From Candidatus Kuenenia stuttgartensis (lineage in GTDB: Bacteria > Planctomycetota > Brocadiia > Brocadiales > Brocadiaceae), in the NCBI RefSeq assembly GCF_900232105.1, contig NZ_LT934425.1, positions 1,800,001 to 1,832,000 of the forward strand: a DNA stretch of 32,000 bases, read 5' to 3'. Made by a program: the position numbers and the translations under genes. Numbering within the stretch: the first letter of the stretch is position 1; each line of letters starts with the position of its first letter. The notes beneath the pieces are model-generated. The model saw only the letters and a list, made by a program, of their open reading frames with translations, searched no databases and was not told the DNA's origin. Below are positions 1 to 9,300 of the stretch, piece by piece.

Positions 1-1151
1 CTTCGTTCGATGGCTTTGGGAAGAAAACTTCTCCATCGAATGCGCTGCTTGATTCTTCTAAACCATCGCCCGTTTCGTAGTCATTCTTGTTGGAAATCTC
101 GGCAAGGTCCGCGAATAAGTCAGGGATACCTTCGGCATTTTCGATCCGCCCCTTGATCCGTTTCAAGGTTTCGGTAAGACCCTTTGCGGAGCGCTTTCGT
201 AGGATCAAAGCGGGAGCATATTCGACAATTGGCTTCGCTGATGCACGGATGCTTTTCGCCGCCAAGGAGTCGTCATACTCACCTTGGGAGTCGATCGAAT
301 GCACCAACGCCTTAAGCACGCTTTCAATGCCCCCTTTTTCCCATGGATCGTCTTCTTCTCCTGCCAACGAAGACTTCGCAGTTTCTTCGGCGCGCGGCGG
401 TTGTTCCTCTACATCCAACATGTCGAATTCTGGCCGGAGTTTTGCCCCTTCGGTATGAGGCCGAACGGTGAATTTACCCAGATGAGCTTCAAACTCCAAA
501 ATGGCATCCGCGACAACCAAGTGACGTCTGACGCGCTGCCCAGTGGGCGTCTGCCATGTAAGCAGACCCAACCCAAGTACGAGTTCGTATTCCTCGCCAA
601 GCCTGAGTTGCTCTTGATGAATGGCAAAAAGCTCGGAATAGACACGGTGGATTTTTTCCCACGCATTGTGATCTTCCGTCCATGGTAGCCACTTGTCTTC
701 AACATAACGTTCCCATGCCCGCAGAACTTCGGGATGTTCGCCAAGGCGTTCGGTGCGTGGCATGGTTTCCGGCTGATGCGATCCTTCGCGCCAGTCGGGA
801 TTTTGGACTTGTTGGGTGATTTCCGGGAGGAGTTCCGGCAAATCACTCTTATTGCAGAGCGCCGACTGGTTAAGCCAGTCTCTGCATTGAATGGGAATGG
901 CATGCAATTCTGGCTCGCGCCGGTTTTGCACTTCCAGCCATTCATCCATCTCATGTTCCTCATCGCTCCCCCATGCCTGCGTAAAGCACCCCCGCTCATG
1001 TGGAACGTTTGATACCCAAAGGACATTCTCGTATTCGGCAATGTCGCTGATCAGCTTCGCGCGAAGTAAAGCAAGTCGTGTCAAATAGTCGAGAAGCCTA
1101 ACGGCTTTCTGCACCCTATGGCTATCTGCCTGTTGATCGTTTAAGAGTTCC
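1..1151 (-). CDS. Partial CDS that runs off the left edge, with its 5' end cut by the IS at 1152. It is the N-terminal accessory region of a large SF1/Upf1-like (COG1112-type) helicase-family protein.
   Basis: The minus-strand frame with codon starts at 1162, 1159 ... 4 has no stop from the IS inverted repeat (stops at 1168-1163) down to position 1. It is missing from the ORF track only because it has no stop inside the window. The translation is protein-like: ...RLLDYLTRLALLRAKLISDIAEYENVLWVSNVPHERGCF...EEYELVLGLGLLTWQTPTGQRVRRHLVVADAILEF...EVFFPKPSNE. The terminal PSNE looks like the start of a PSNxEQ Q-motif that precedes a P-loop helicase core. All ORFs listed for 87-1088 are in other frames. 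The family call is from memory only. Confidence 0.6.
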
Positions 1152-3163
1152 CTAGCGTGAGTTTATCACAAAATAAGGCATGAAGCAACGTAACATAAAT
1201 ACAGTCAATGCGTTAAGCACAACATCAATTGTATACACTGAGTCCTTGAAGTTTCAGCCGATGTTTGTGGAAATCCATAATGCCTAACGCATTCATCAAC
1301 AGAGATTCCTTGTCGGACATTTCTTCCAATTTGTAGGTAGCCTTAACTCTCCCTCTGGCCTTTGTTTCTTCAAGCATAGCAGAAAGCCTTATATTATTAA
1401 GGGTGTCTAACAGGGTATCTAACGTTCCACTAAATTGTGCGTGCGCTTTTGCCTGATACCACACAATCGCCGCCATTAGGTATCCGAGGACGCAAATAAA
1501 AAAATGCACCCTGATTTTCTGATCCGTCCAGTGAAATTGCGGTTTTAAAGCAAGGTGATAGGGGTTCTTGAGATTTCTAAAGGCATGTTCAATTTTTGAT
1601 TGCCCATAGTAGGCTTTTATAATGTCCGCGGTATCCCAATCGTGATGGTCTGTCATAAGAATCCTGAACCCCAGTTCCCCTTCTATTTCTTCGAGCTTTT
1701 TCTGGTCGATTGAAAAATTCAATTGAAACTTGCCTTCAGATACCTCTTTTAACGACCAATCGATAACATCCTTCGCAAATTGACATTTCACTACACTTCT
1801 TATCGTATCCTCCAGACCCTCTTTGTCCCGCATCTTTCCCTTTGGATTACACAGATGCTGCTGTAAGAGCTTTAACTGATGTTCTGCCTTTTCCAGAGAC
1901 TGAGACATTCCCCTTAATTGCCCAACCTTTAATTTCTCGGAAATAAATACGACAACGGTTCTTTCCTGCCCCCAAATAACCCGTTTGTCATGGTACACCT
2001 GTATCTTACTGCCGTCAACGTCATATTCCCTGAAATTACACATGGCATCCCCTACCAACTGCTTGTGATGATACGGTGTAAGCGCTCCAACGTAATGCAA
2101 TGCCAATCTCTCTACAATAGCCATATTGTCCATGGAATTGTTTCCACGATCAAAAACAATAGTGTGCTTTTTGCTGTCGAAACCTAATCCGGTCATCCTG
2201 TCTTTTATCGTCTCAAGAACCGCGCTGAACACCTTTGCATCCGCCATGTTCCCCTGATAGGTATGGTGAAACAACGGTATCATGTCGTTACGTGTAACGA
2301 CCATCGCCAACCCGACCTGCCTGAGATCGTATCGCTTTTGTTTGTTTTTCCCCCGCCGGGCAATAGTGCATCGCAGATTAGTTGTGTCGATATACGTGAA
2401 AAAATTGGTTGTATCAAAAAACAGTGTGTCGCTTTGAAGGTTGTATGTTTTAAATGTCTTTTCAATTAATTCGCGCTCGATTTCTGCAATGGATTCTTCA
2501 GGAAGTGCATCCATCAAATCCCAGAAATGCTGACTGTCTATTTTACTCAAGCTGTGTCTGAGTAAGTATTCGGCAGTAGTCGTCTTTGCCCAATCCCACC
2601 ATCCTCTTTTGCTGGTAGGCACACACACTCTCCCCACGGCACCCAACAAGAGGGTACTTCCGGCGGTCAGATTATTTCGAACAGGTTTTTTAGCACAATA
2701 CTGCCGTGGCGACTTTATATATTTATTAATCACGGAAGGGACGTCCAGGGCATTGGCCACACTTAGCAATGCGGCTACCGCGCCATGTGAATAAGATTTG
2801 AGCCGTAATTTTTCGGTAAGACCTTGCAGTTGTTTTAATAAATCGTCTGCCTTGCCAAGATAGGCCAGGACGATGGGCCTGGGCTTGCCGTTAACGCGCC
2901 GCGATTCGACAATATACCAATATTTATAACCTCTGGAGTTTTTAGATTGAATGGTAGCCATGGCTATTAGTTGTTAGTGTATACGTAATAGATTAATACT
3001 CCGTGTATAATAGTATATACAGGCATATAATGCAATATAAATATAGTATTATTCAGTGTATACATAATTTTTTAGACAAAAAAAGTCGCAACCCGATACA
3101 AATCATTGGATTGCAACTTGATGTCTTTGTCTTACACCTTATTTCGTGATAAACTCACGCTAG
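1152..3163 (-). mobile_element. Intact IS1634-family (IS4 superfamily) insertion sequence, 2012 bp
   Basis: Perfect 18-bp terminal inverted repeats: CTAGCGTGAGTTTATCAC at 1152-1169 and GTGATAAACTCACGCTAG at 3146-3163. They extend imperfectly to about 30 bp. The element holds a single 578-aa transposase ORF. The flanks (GAGTTCC on the left, TCCCCAT on the right) show no convincing target-site duplication. Confidence 0.9.
1225..2961 (-). CDS. IS1634-family DDE transposase (578 aa)
   Basis: Full-length ORF. The N-terminus MATIQSKNSRGYKYWYIVESRRVNGKPRPIVLAYLG is typical of IS1634-type transposases. DDE-like blocks are FFDTTNFFTY, VFDRGNNS and YYGQSKIEHAFRNLK. Confidence 0.9.
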   Translation of the reverse strand: MATIQSKNSRGYKYWYIVESRRVNGKPRPIVLAYLGKADDLLKQLQGLTEKLRLKSYSHGAVAALLSVANALDVPSVINKYIKSPRQYCAKKPVRNNLTAGSTLLLGAVGRVCVPTSKRGWWDWAKTTTAEYLLRHSLSKIDSQHFWDLMDALPEESIAEIERELIEKTFKTYNLQSDTLFFDTTNFFTYIDTTNLRCTIARRGKNKQKRYDLRQVGLAMVVTRNDMIPLFHHTYQGNMADAKVFSAVLETIKDRMTGLGFDSKKHTIVFDRGNNSMDNMAIVERLALHYVGALTPYHHKQLVGDAMCNFREYDVDGSKIQVYHDKRVIWGQERTVVVFISEKLKVGQLRGMSQSLEKAEHQLKLLQQHLCNPKGKMRDKEGLEDTIRSVVKCQFAKDVIDWSLKEVSEGKFQLNFSIDQKKLEEIEGELGFRILMTDHHDWDTADIIKAYYGQSKIEHAFRNLKNPYHLALKPQFHWTDQKIRVHFFICVLGYLMAAIVWYQAKAHAQFSGTLDTLLDTLNNIRLSAMLEETKARGRVKATYKLEEMSDKESLLMNALGIMDFHKHRLKLQGLSVYN

Positions 3164-3624
3164 TCCCCATAACTTTTCGCCTAACCAGTAATTGTTAAGT
3201 TTATAGCTAACATCGTATTAAATTCCCTCATTGCTTTTTTACTATTGCCTACTCTTCAAAAAAAACAGATAATTTCACATGGAGAATCCATCATTTTGCA
3301 TATTATCGGTAAGGAGTTGGGATTATTACATTTTCCTTGATGCTCCGCAAGAGGTTACTTTTGTATGTTTCGCGGACAGCCTGATTAGGTGTGCCCCTCA
3401 TCCTCAATAATCAGCCTTTTGATGCACGATACTTTAAGAAAACTCAATCACTACTCATTGCCATTATGTCCGTGTTCATCTCTTGTGCACCATACATAAT
3501 TGAAGGCGCTATTTCTGTGAACGGAGATTGCCAGGAGACTCAGGATGTCACTTCTGCACTTCTGGATACTGAGTTCTCTCTCCACAACTCCCAATTCCAT
3601 AAGCTTTGCCCGTCCTGACAATCT

Positions 3625-4032
3625 CTATTGTTTTTCCACATACCCCTCTCCGTTTTTGTGCGACCCTGAGCAATCGTTGCCGGTAAAATCGAATTCTATA
3701 TATGACCCATCATTGTTTGTTATATTGCCTCTGTAAGAGCCGGAACAACCTGATGTGGTTGATTTCATTTTTATCCTCTGCTTGCCGGTGTCCTTTATTT
3801 TCAAGATAATCTTTCCCTTTGCGCCATTTCCTGCCTTATAAGTACCGCTGTATTTTGTGCTGCTCTTTTTCTTCAGCTTTACAGTTACACTTGTGCTGGA
3901 AAGTATACTCGATGAATAATAACCCTTCCATGTTCCCTCTAAACCATCACTTACTAAGGCGTATGCATCACTTTTTACCGTAAAAACAATACACACCAAA
4001 GACACAATAAATAACAATATTCCCCTTTTCAT
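3625..4032 (-). CDS. Small secreted protein of unknown function; paralogous to the C-terminal domain of the upstream gene
   Basis: The likely start is the ATG at 4032 (MKRGILLFIVSLVCIVFTVKSDAYA signal peptide), preceded by an AAGGAAGGG ribosome-binding site. The ORF track starts it 36 nt further upstream, at 4068. The mature part aligns with residues about 105-210 of the 222-aa neighbour, in the pattern G.W.GY...SGT...NG..GK...I...C.G..GN...I..FT..DC.G. Confidence 0.7.
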   Translation of the reverse strand: MKRGILLFIVSLVCIVFTVKSDAYALVSDGLEGTWKGYYSSSILSSTSVTVKLKKKSSTKYSGTYKAGNGAKGKIILKIKDTGKQRIKMKSTTSGCSGSYRGNITNNDGSYIEFDFTGNDCSGSHKNGEGYVEKQ

Positions 4033-4046
4033 ATTACCCTTCCTTT

Positions 4047-4715
4047 CTATATTAATCTTAATTTCCATTTACTCCGCTTTCCACAATTCACAAATTCACA
4101 ATTTCCAACGTTTTGTTCGCCCTGGCAATCCCTGCCATCAGTAAATACCAGTATAATTTTTTCTTCTGTAACAAATCCATTTCCTTCGATAAATCCCCTG
4201 CATGGCGCTGATTTCTCAATTTCAAATTCTATATCATCGCCGGATATCGTTCCCGTTAATTTCCCAAACGGGCGGCCATTTGCCAATATCGTTCCCGATA
4301 TAGTTTCGTCGGTTTGTGTTATGGTTATTGATACATCTAAATCCCATATACAAGTTTTCAGATATCCTTCCCATGCGCCAGCCATGCCAGATGCAATATC
4401 TTTTTCTAAATAAAAACTTCCGATATTCATTTCATAACTATCGCCATTGATTGTTATTTCTTGCGTGGATGTTATATATCCTTGTTTCTCAAATGTAGCA
4501 GTATAAGTGTTTACTGCAACGTCATATAGTTCAAAATCGCCGTTCCAGTCGGTCGTTGCCCTGTAATGGTCTGAATCGTTGTCGAGTCTTATAACAACAT
4601 CCTCAAGTTCCATTCCTTCCATATTTTTTACCTTACCAGATACATCTACGTAGTCATATCCAAAGGCAACGCTACAGGCAAACAAATATGGCAATACAAA
4701 TAACAACTTTTTCAT
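4047..4715 (-). CDS. Secreted protein: a carboxypeptidase-regulatory-like beta-sandwich domain plus an uncharacterised two-Cys C-terminal domain
   Basis: Signal peptide MKKLLFVLPYLFACSVAFG and a strong AAGGAAGGAG ribosome-binding site. VSGKVKNMEGMELEDVVIRL...TTDWNGDFELYDVAVNTYTATFEKQGY matches the CarboxypepD_reg pattern. The C-terminal half is paralogous to the 3625-4032 product. Confidence 0.75.
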   Translation of the reverse strand: MKKLLFVLPYLFACSVAFGYDYVDVSGKVKNMEGMELEDVVIRLDNDSDHYRATTDWNGDFELYDVAVNTYTATFEKQGYITSTQEITINGDSYEMNIGSFYLEKDIASGMAGAWEGYLKTCIWDLDVSITITQTDETISGTILANGRPFGKLTGTISGDDIEFEIEKSAPCRGFIEGNGFVTEEKIILVFTDGRDCQGEQNVGNCEFVNCGKRSKWKLRLI

Positions 4716-4780
4716 ATTTACTCCTTCCTTTTAAAATTAAGCTTTAGGCGGCTTTCAATACTGTAGTGACAGGTTGACTG

Positions 4781-4810
4781 CTTGTTCCCAAACAAGAGTT
4801 TGGGAACAAG
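4781..4810 (-). terminator. Perfect 13-bp stem/4-nt loop hairpin 17 nt downstream of the 107-aa gene; a possible attenuator or mRNA-stabilising hairpin rather than a canonical terminator
   Basis: CTTGTTCCCAAAC-AAGA-GTTTGGGAACAAG. No U-tract follows it on the minus strand. The TTCCCAAAC/GTTTGGGAA motif recurs inside the MITE at 27909-27956. Confidence 0.35.
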
Positions 4811-4826
4811 TCGTGAAATAATTAAT

Positions 4827-5150
4827 TTATCTTCCTCCAAAAAAATTACCGAAAGAGTTTGAGGATGAATATTGTCTCCCTGAGGAATAAGAATACTTTG
4901 GCGTAGAAAATGAATTACTTATTTGATAATTTGTAGTTCTTCTTGTGCCTCTTGTTCCTGAGTATGGGTTGATATTCGGGTATGTACTCCAGTTGTTATA
5001 AAAATTTCTATCAGGGTTTGACCTATAATGTGGTTTAACATAGGTTCCATTGTTTCTATAATATCCATGAACGTAATCATCTGCTTTAGAAGTCAGTGCG
5101 GCTATAAACACACTTGCTACAATAAGTGAAATTGCGATTGTTTTTTTCAT
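4827..5150 (-). CDS. Small secreted Tyr/Asn/Ser/Arg-rich low-complexity protein (107 aa)
   Basis: Signal peptide MKKTIAISLIVASVFIAALTSKA and an AAGGAG ribosome-binding site. The mature sequence HGYYRNNGTYVKPHYRSNPDRNFYNNWSTYPNINPYSGTRG resembles a recurrent GYYRxxGTYVxPHYRxxPD...NPYTG motif found in uncharacterised bacterial proteins. This is from memory only. Confidence 0.65.
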   Translation of the reverse strand: MKKTIAISLIVASVFIAALTSKADDYVHGYYRNNGTYVKPHYRSNPDRNFYNNWSTYPNINPYSGTRGTRRTTNYQISNSFSTPKYSYSSGRQYSSSNSFGNFFGGR

Positions 5151-5329
5151 TTTTATTACTCCTTTTAAATTTATGTTTAAAATATTTTTAATATTACTTG
5201 TCCTTCTTACTGGCTAAATAATTCGTTAAACGATTTAATACCTCCTTTCAAAAAGGTTTTTTTGACAACTACAATTTTTATGCTCCTACTCTTAATAGCG
5301 GAAAAATTTGTAAAACCGAACGAAGTTAA

Positions 5330-5357
5330 TTGACTTTTTTAGAAAAATAAATATTAT
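5330..5357 (+). promoter_or_regulatory. Candidate sigma-70-type promoter for the ECF sigma gene
   Basis: TTGACT (5330-5335), a 16-nt spacer, then TATTAT (5352-5357), about 40 nt upstream of the ATG at 5398. Identified by pattern match only, in AT-rich DNA. Confidence 0.3.
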
Positions 5358-5397
5358 TGCGGCTATAACTGGCTTTATTTATGGAGATTATGAAAAC

Positions 5398-6015
5398 ATG
5401 CCTGAATCCGTTAATCCACAAACACTTCATTTGGTTATGCTTGCAAAGTCTGGTGATCAACCGGCAATTGAAAAACTATATGAAATATACTGCGGGCGTA
5501 TTCTAAGAATCGTCAGGATGCGCATGGGCAATGAATTGCGAAGTAAGATGCAATCAATGGATCTGGTTCAGGACGCATTATTGAGTTCTTTTCGTGATTT
5601 GAAACAGTTTACCTATAAAAATGAAGGTGATTTTTTACGATGGTTGTCACATATTGCGGAAAACAGAATACGTGACAAAATAAGTGAGATGAGGGCACAG
5701 GTGCGCGACCATAGAAGGGAACAGCCTTTAAGCAGCAATAAACAATTAAAAGATGATAGCAGTGTACATACATATGAACCAATGGATTCAGCAACACCCA
5801 GCAAAATATTGTCTAAAGAGGAGGACCTTGACAAACTGGAAAAGGCTATGCAAAAACTAAAGCCGGAATATCGGGAGGTAATCCTGTTAACAAAGGCAGA
5901 AGGACTTTCACAAAAACAAGCTGGTGAAAAATTGGGCAAAAGCCCGGATGCCACCCGGATGCTGCTAGTAAGGGCGCTTAATGCCCTAAATAATGCTTTT
6001 GGGGAGAATAGGTAG
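5398..6015 (+). CDS. ECF-type RNA polymerase sigma factor of the Ser/Thr-kinase-associated type (ECF43-like)
   Basis: Sigma-2 region: DLVQDALLSSFRDLKQF...FLRWLSHIAENRIRDK. Sigma-4 region: EYREVILLTKAEGLSQKQAGEKLGKSPDATRMLLVRAL. A long linker lies between them. No anti-sigma ORF follows; a Ser/Thr kinase does. Confidence 0.9.
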   Translation: MPESVNPQTLHLVMLAKSGDQPAIEKLYEIYCGRILRIVRMRMGNELRSKMQSMDLVQDALLSSFRDLKQFTYKNEGDFLRWLSHIAENRIRDKISEMRAQVRDHRREQPLSSNKQLKDDSSVHTYEPMDSATPSKILSKEEDLDKLEKAMQKLKPEYREVILLTKAEGLSQKQAGEKLGKSPDATRMLLVRALNALNNAFGENR

Positions 6016-6161
6016 CACTTTAGTTTTTTGAAAAATTCCAATAGTAACATTGTTTGCTGCACGATGTAGGGGCGAAGCATTTGCCCGTTTGGGCATGAAC
6101 GCATGTATGCCCGTTATAGCAAATGCTTCGCCCCTACGGTTTCAAAAAAACCAAAGTGTTA
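6014..6161. repeat. Nested palindromic (MITE/REP-like) element of about 148 bp, directly after the sigma stop codon
   Basis: Perfect 19-bp stem: GTAGGGGCGAAGCATTTGC (6066-6084) pairs with GCAAATGCTTCGCCCCTAC (6119-6137). Inner hairpin: GGGCAT...ATGCCC (6091-6112). Outer imperfect inverted repeat: GCACTTTAGTTTTTTGAAAA with TTTCAAAAAAACCAAAGTGTT. A degenerate second copy is split by the IS at 23734. Confidence 0.7.
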
Positions 6162-6227
6162 CGAGAATAAAGAATAATAATTCCTAAGCGGGCATAGCCG
6201 GAACCAAACAAGCATAAATTACAAAGT

Positions 6228-6291
6228 CCTCCCCCATATCCCCTCCGAGGGGGGAGAATGTCCACCGCTGGCGGGGGTGCAGGGGGTGGAA
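6228..6291. repeat. GC-rich hairpin-module repeat (CCCCTCCGAGGGGGG and CCGCTGGCGGGGGTGCAGGGGGTGGAA type)
   Basis: Closely related copies lie at 10701-10733, at 10887-10923 (inverted), and inside the giant CDS at 22299-22334 and 22462-22492. Confidence 0.65.
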
Positions 6292-6381
6292 TTGAAATTA
6301 TGAATTTATTTCAGATTTCACCATTAAATATTTTGCCAAAAACTTCGAAGAAATTACTGACAAGGTACTAAGATCTGTAAA

Positions 6382-9300
6382 ATGAATCAACTTGACCAAA
6401 TCGTCCAACAATTTATAGATGATACGTTGCAGGGGAAGGATCCAGGGCTAGATGATGTCCTGAGAAAGTACCCTGACATAGCAGACGAGATCAAGAAACG
6501 GATTGAAAATCTTGAAAAAATCAACAGTTTATTTGCTTCCCTTACAGGAGAGGATGAAAACGACCGTTTAGCACATCAGCTTATTGGCCAAAAGATGGGT
6601 GACTTTGAAATACTTGAGCTAATAGGCTCAGGCGGCATGGGAACTGTCTTTCTCGCCAGGCAAACCTCGCTGGACAGGCATGTGGCGCTTAAAGTTATCA
6701 GCGACGTCAGCGGGATTCGTAGTAAAACGCTGGAAAGGTTTAAACGAGAGGCAAATCTGCTGGCAAAGATATCCCATCCCAATATTGTGCAAATTTATGA
6801 AACCGGGCGGCACGGGCCATATTTCTACTTCGCAATGGAATACGTAAACGGCGATTCATTAGGCAATGTGCTTGCAGACATGCGCTCATCAAACCAAAAC
6901 ACAAACGCCAGCGCTCTATTTTCTGATTATGTCAGGTCGAAGAATACCGCTTCTGTTGATACATCGCAGACGAAACAAGGAAGGCCGGTAATTGACGACG
7001 AGTATATTCAAACCATTAGCAAAATAATCATAGATATTGCGTCTGCATTGGATCATGTACACAACAAGGGAATTTTACACAGAGATATTAAGCCGTCAAA
7101 CATCCTGATTGACACAGATGGCAATGCAAAATTAGTTGATTTTGGGCTGGCGAACAGCGAGACAAATCAGTCTATTACCATTACCGGCGAACTTTTTGGA
7201 ACTCCGAATTATATGTCGCCGGAACAAATCCAATCCCCGGATAAAGTTGACCGCAGGAGCGATGTATATTCATTAGGCGCAGCTTATTATGAGTGCCTTA
7301 CATTCCATACCCCATTTGAAGGCGCTTCGATAAATGATGTTTTAACGAAGATCATATCAAAAGAACCGACTTCTCCAGGAAAATACTGTCCGAAACTTTC
7401 AAGGGATTTGGGCACTATTTTGCTGCATACCCTTAAAAAGAATCCAGGCGAGAGGTACGATTCAGCCCTTGAATTTGCCAATGATATAAGAAATGCCTTA
7501 GATTTTAGGCCTGTCATTGCAAGAAAAACTCCTTTTACAATCAGAACCTATAAAACTATACGCAGAAATCCGGTTAAAACCGTTATGGGTTTTCTGGTTC
7601 TGTGTTTAATCTTCGCATGTTTTGCTCTATATCACCATAACCGGAAGAAAGAGGGTGAAGCTCACAGGATTGCCTATGTTAATCAACTGCTTGACGAAGC
7701 GGACGTACTGCTGTGTCAGGCGGCGCTTAATTCCCTGCCTTGGCCATTATTAGCCAGAGAGACGCTTACAGAAAGAGCAATTAAATACTATGACGAAGTA
7801 TTGCAGATAGATAATAAAAACTGGTGGGCGTTAATTCAAAGGGGGATAGCATATCTGGTATCAGGGGAAAATAGAGAAGGCGCATTGAAGGATTTCGAAG
7901 ATGCCGAAAAAATTAATCCGGATTTCAGATGCATTCAATTATTACAGTCCGGGCCGTTAGGCAGTAATATTGAAATTTATGAAAGAGGTATTTCATCAGA
8001 CCACCTGGAATCCCTGAGTTCCAGGGAAGCCTACATATTAGGCCTGTTAATATGCCAACAACCCGATATCCCTGAAAGAGAGCAGAAAAGCCTGCGTTTG
8101 TTTGAAATGTGCGTGGAAAAAGAATCTGATTTTTATCCTGCCATGCTGTCAAGAATATTTGCAAAAAACCGCCTGTCAGGAGAAAGAAATCTGGACGAGT
8201 GTTTGGCAGTATCCAACCTCAGGCCCAACGTTGCGCTTGGGCACTTGTTATGCGGCGAAATTCTTGGAGACTACCTTGGCAGATTTGAAGAGGCGATAAC
8301 CGAATATAAAAAAGCCGCCGGATTACAACCGTGGAATCCCCTGTGTTATTTGGGTTTGGGTAGTTTGTATGAAACTACCGGCGATATTAATAATGCAGAA
8401 AAATGTTATCTTAAAGCACAGGAACTTGATATGAGCTGCTTATCAGATTTCGCTTTAGCATTTTTTTACAGAAAGCAAAGTAGCTATGAAAAATCACTTG
8501 ATATATGCAATAAGGGTATCGCAAAAAAATGTAACCTTATTACATTAGATATGCTGCTTGACACTAAACTTTTAATCTTAAAAGAAACAGGTTCTCAGGG
8601 GCAAATCCGGGAATGCCTTGCGGAAAAAGAAGATTGCCTGAAAAGATTGCTGTTAGAAACAGAAGGCAATAAAAATTTAAGCAGAAAGTACCATATTAAT
8701 TATCTTAAATTCTTGTTCAATAACAAGCCCATGTCTGAAACAATATCGTTCTATGACAAGGCTTTAATAAATAAACCAGCGTTCAAATATTGCTTTGGCA
8801 GTGTGCTGAGTGAATATTATCTGTCCATCGGAAATGATGCCGCCTGTATGAATCTTTGTCAGGCATTATATGAAAAAATGTTAATGGAAGAATTTAATGA
8901 TGATTACGATTTTAATGATAAGGTAAACATAATCAGCCACTTAATACGACTAAGGTTAAAATCCGGCGATAGCATTGAGAATGTTACAACACTATGCACC
9001 GGCATCCTTGATAAACACCCCCATACCAGCGTACTCTGGAAATATTATGGAATGTTTCACGAAATATATTCACATGATTACGAAAAGGCAAGCGAGGCAT
9101 ATCGCCAGGCACTGCGATATCTGCGGGACGAGAAAGACAGGTTTGGAATTACTTTTAAATTCGCATGTGCGTTATATCGTGCAGGCAACAATGTTGAAGC
9201 AGAGAAAGAATTCAATGCGCTGATGCATAAACTGGACAACATGAAAATTGTAGAGACGGGAAACTCATGGCGTTATTTAGGGCGCAGCGATACAGCAGAT

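Noticed and set aside
87-1088. Listed ORFs 87-458(+), 284-688(+), 409-1041(-), 489-692(-), 734-1012(+) and 891-1088(+)
   Set aside because: All are off-frame or antisense shadows of the stop-free minus-strand frame that spans 1-1162. Their translations are low-complexity or Arg/Ser/Cys-rich and not protein-like, whereas the third minus frame gives a coherent protein.
3391-3618. 75-aa GTG-start ORF with a lipoprotein-like LLIAIMSVFISC segment. A faint minus-strand similarity to the C-terminus of the neighbouring secreted proteins (GKAYGIGSCGERTQYPEVQK) was also noted.
   Set aside because: It has no ATG or ribosome-binding site. The hydrophobic segment is not at the N-terminus. The minus-strand similarity is too short and is interrupted by stops. 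It may be debris of a fourth paralogue but is not supportable.
5613-6104. 163-aa ORF antisense to the ECF sigma gene
   Set aside because: It fully overlaps a well-supported sigma-factor CDS. It has no ribosome-binding site and no motifs, and it extends into the palindromic repeat.
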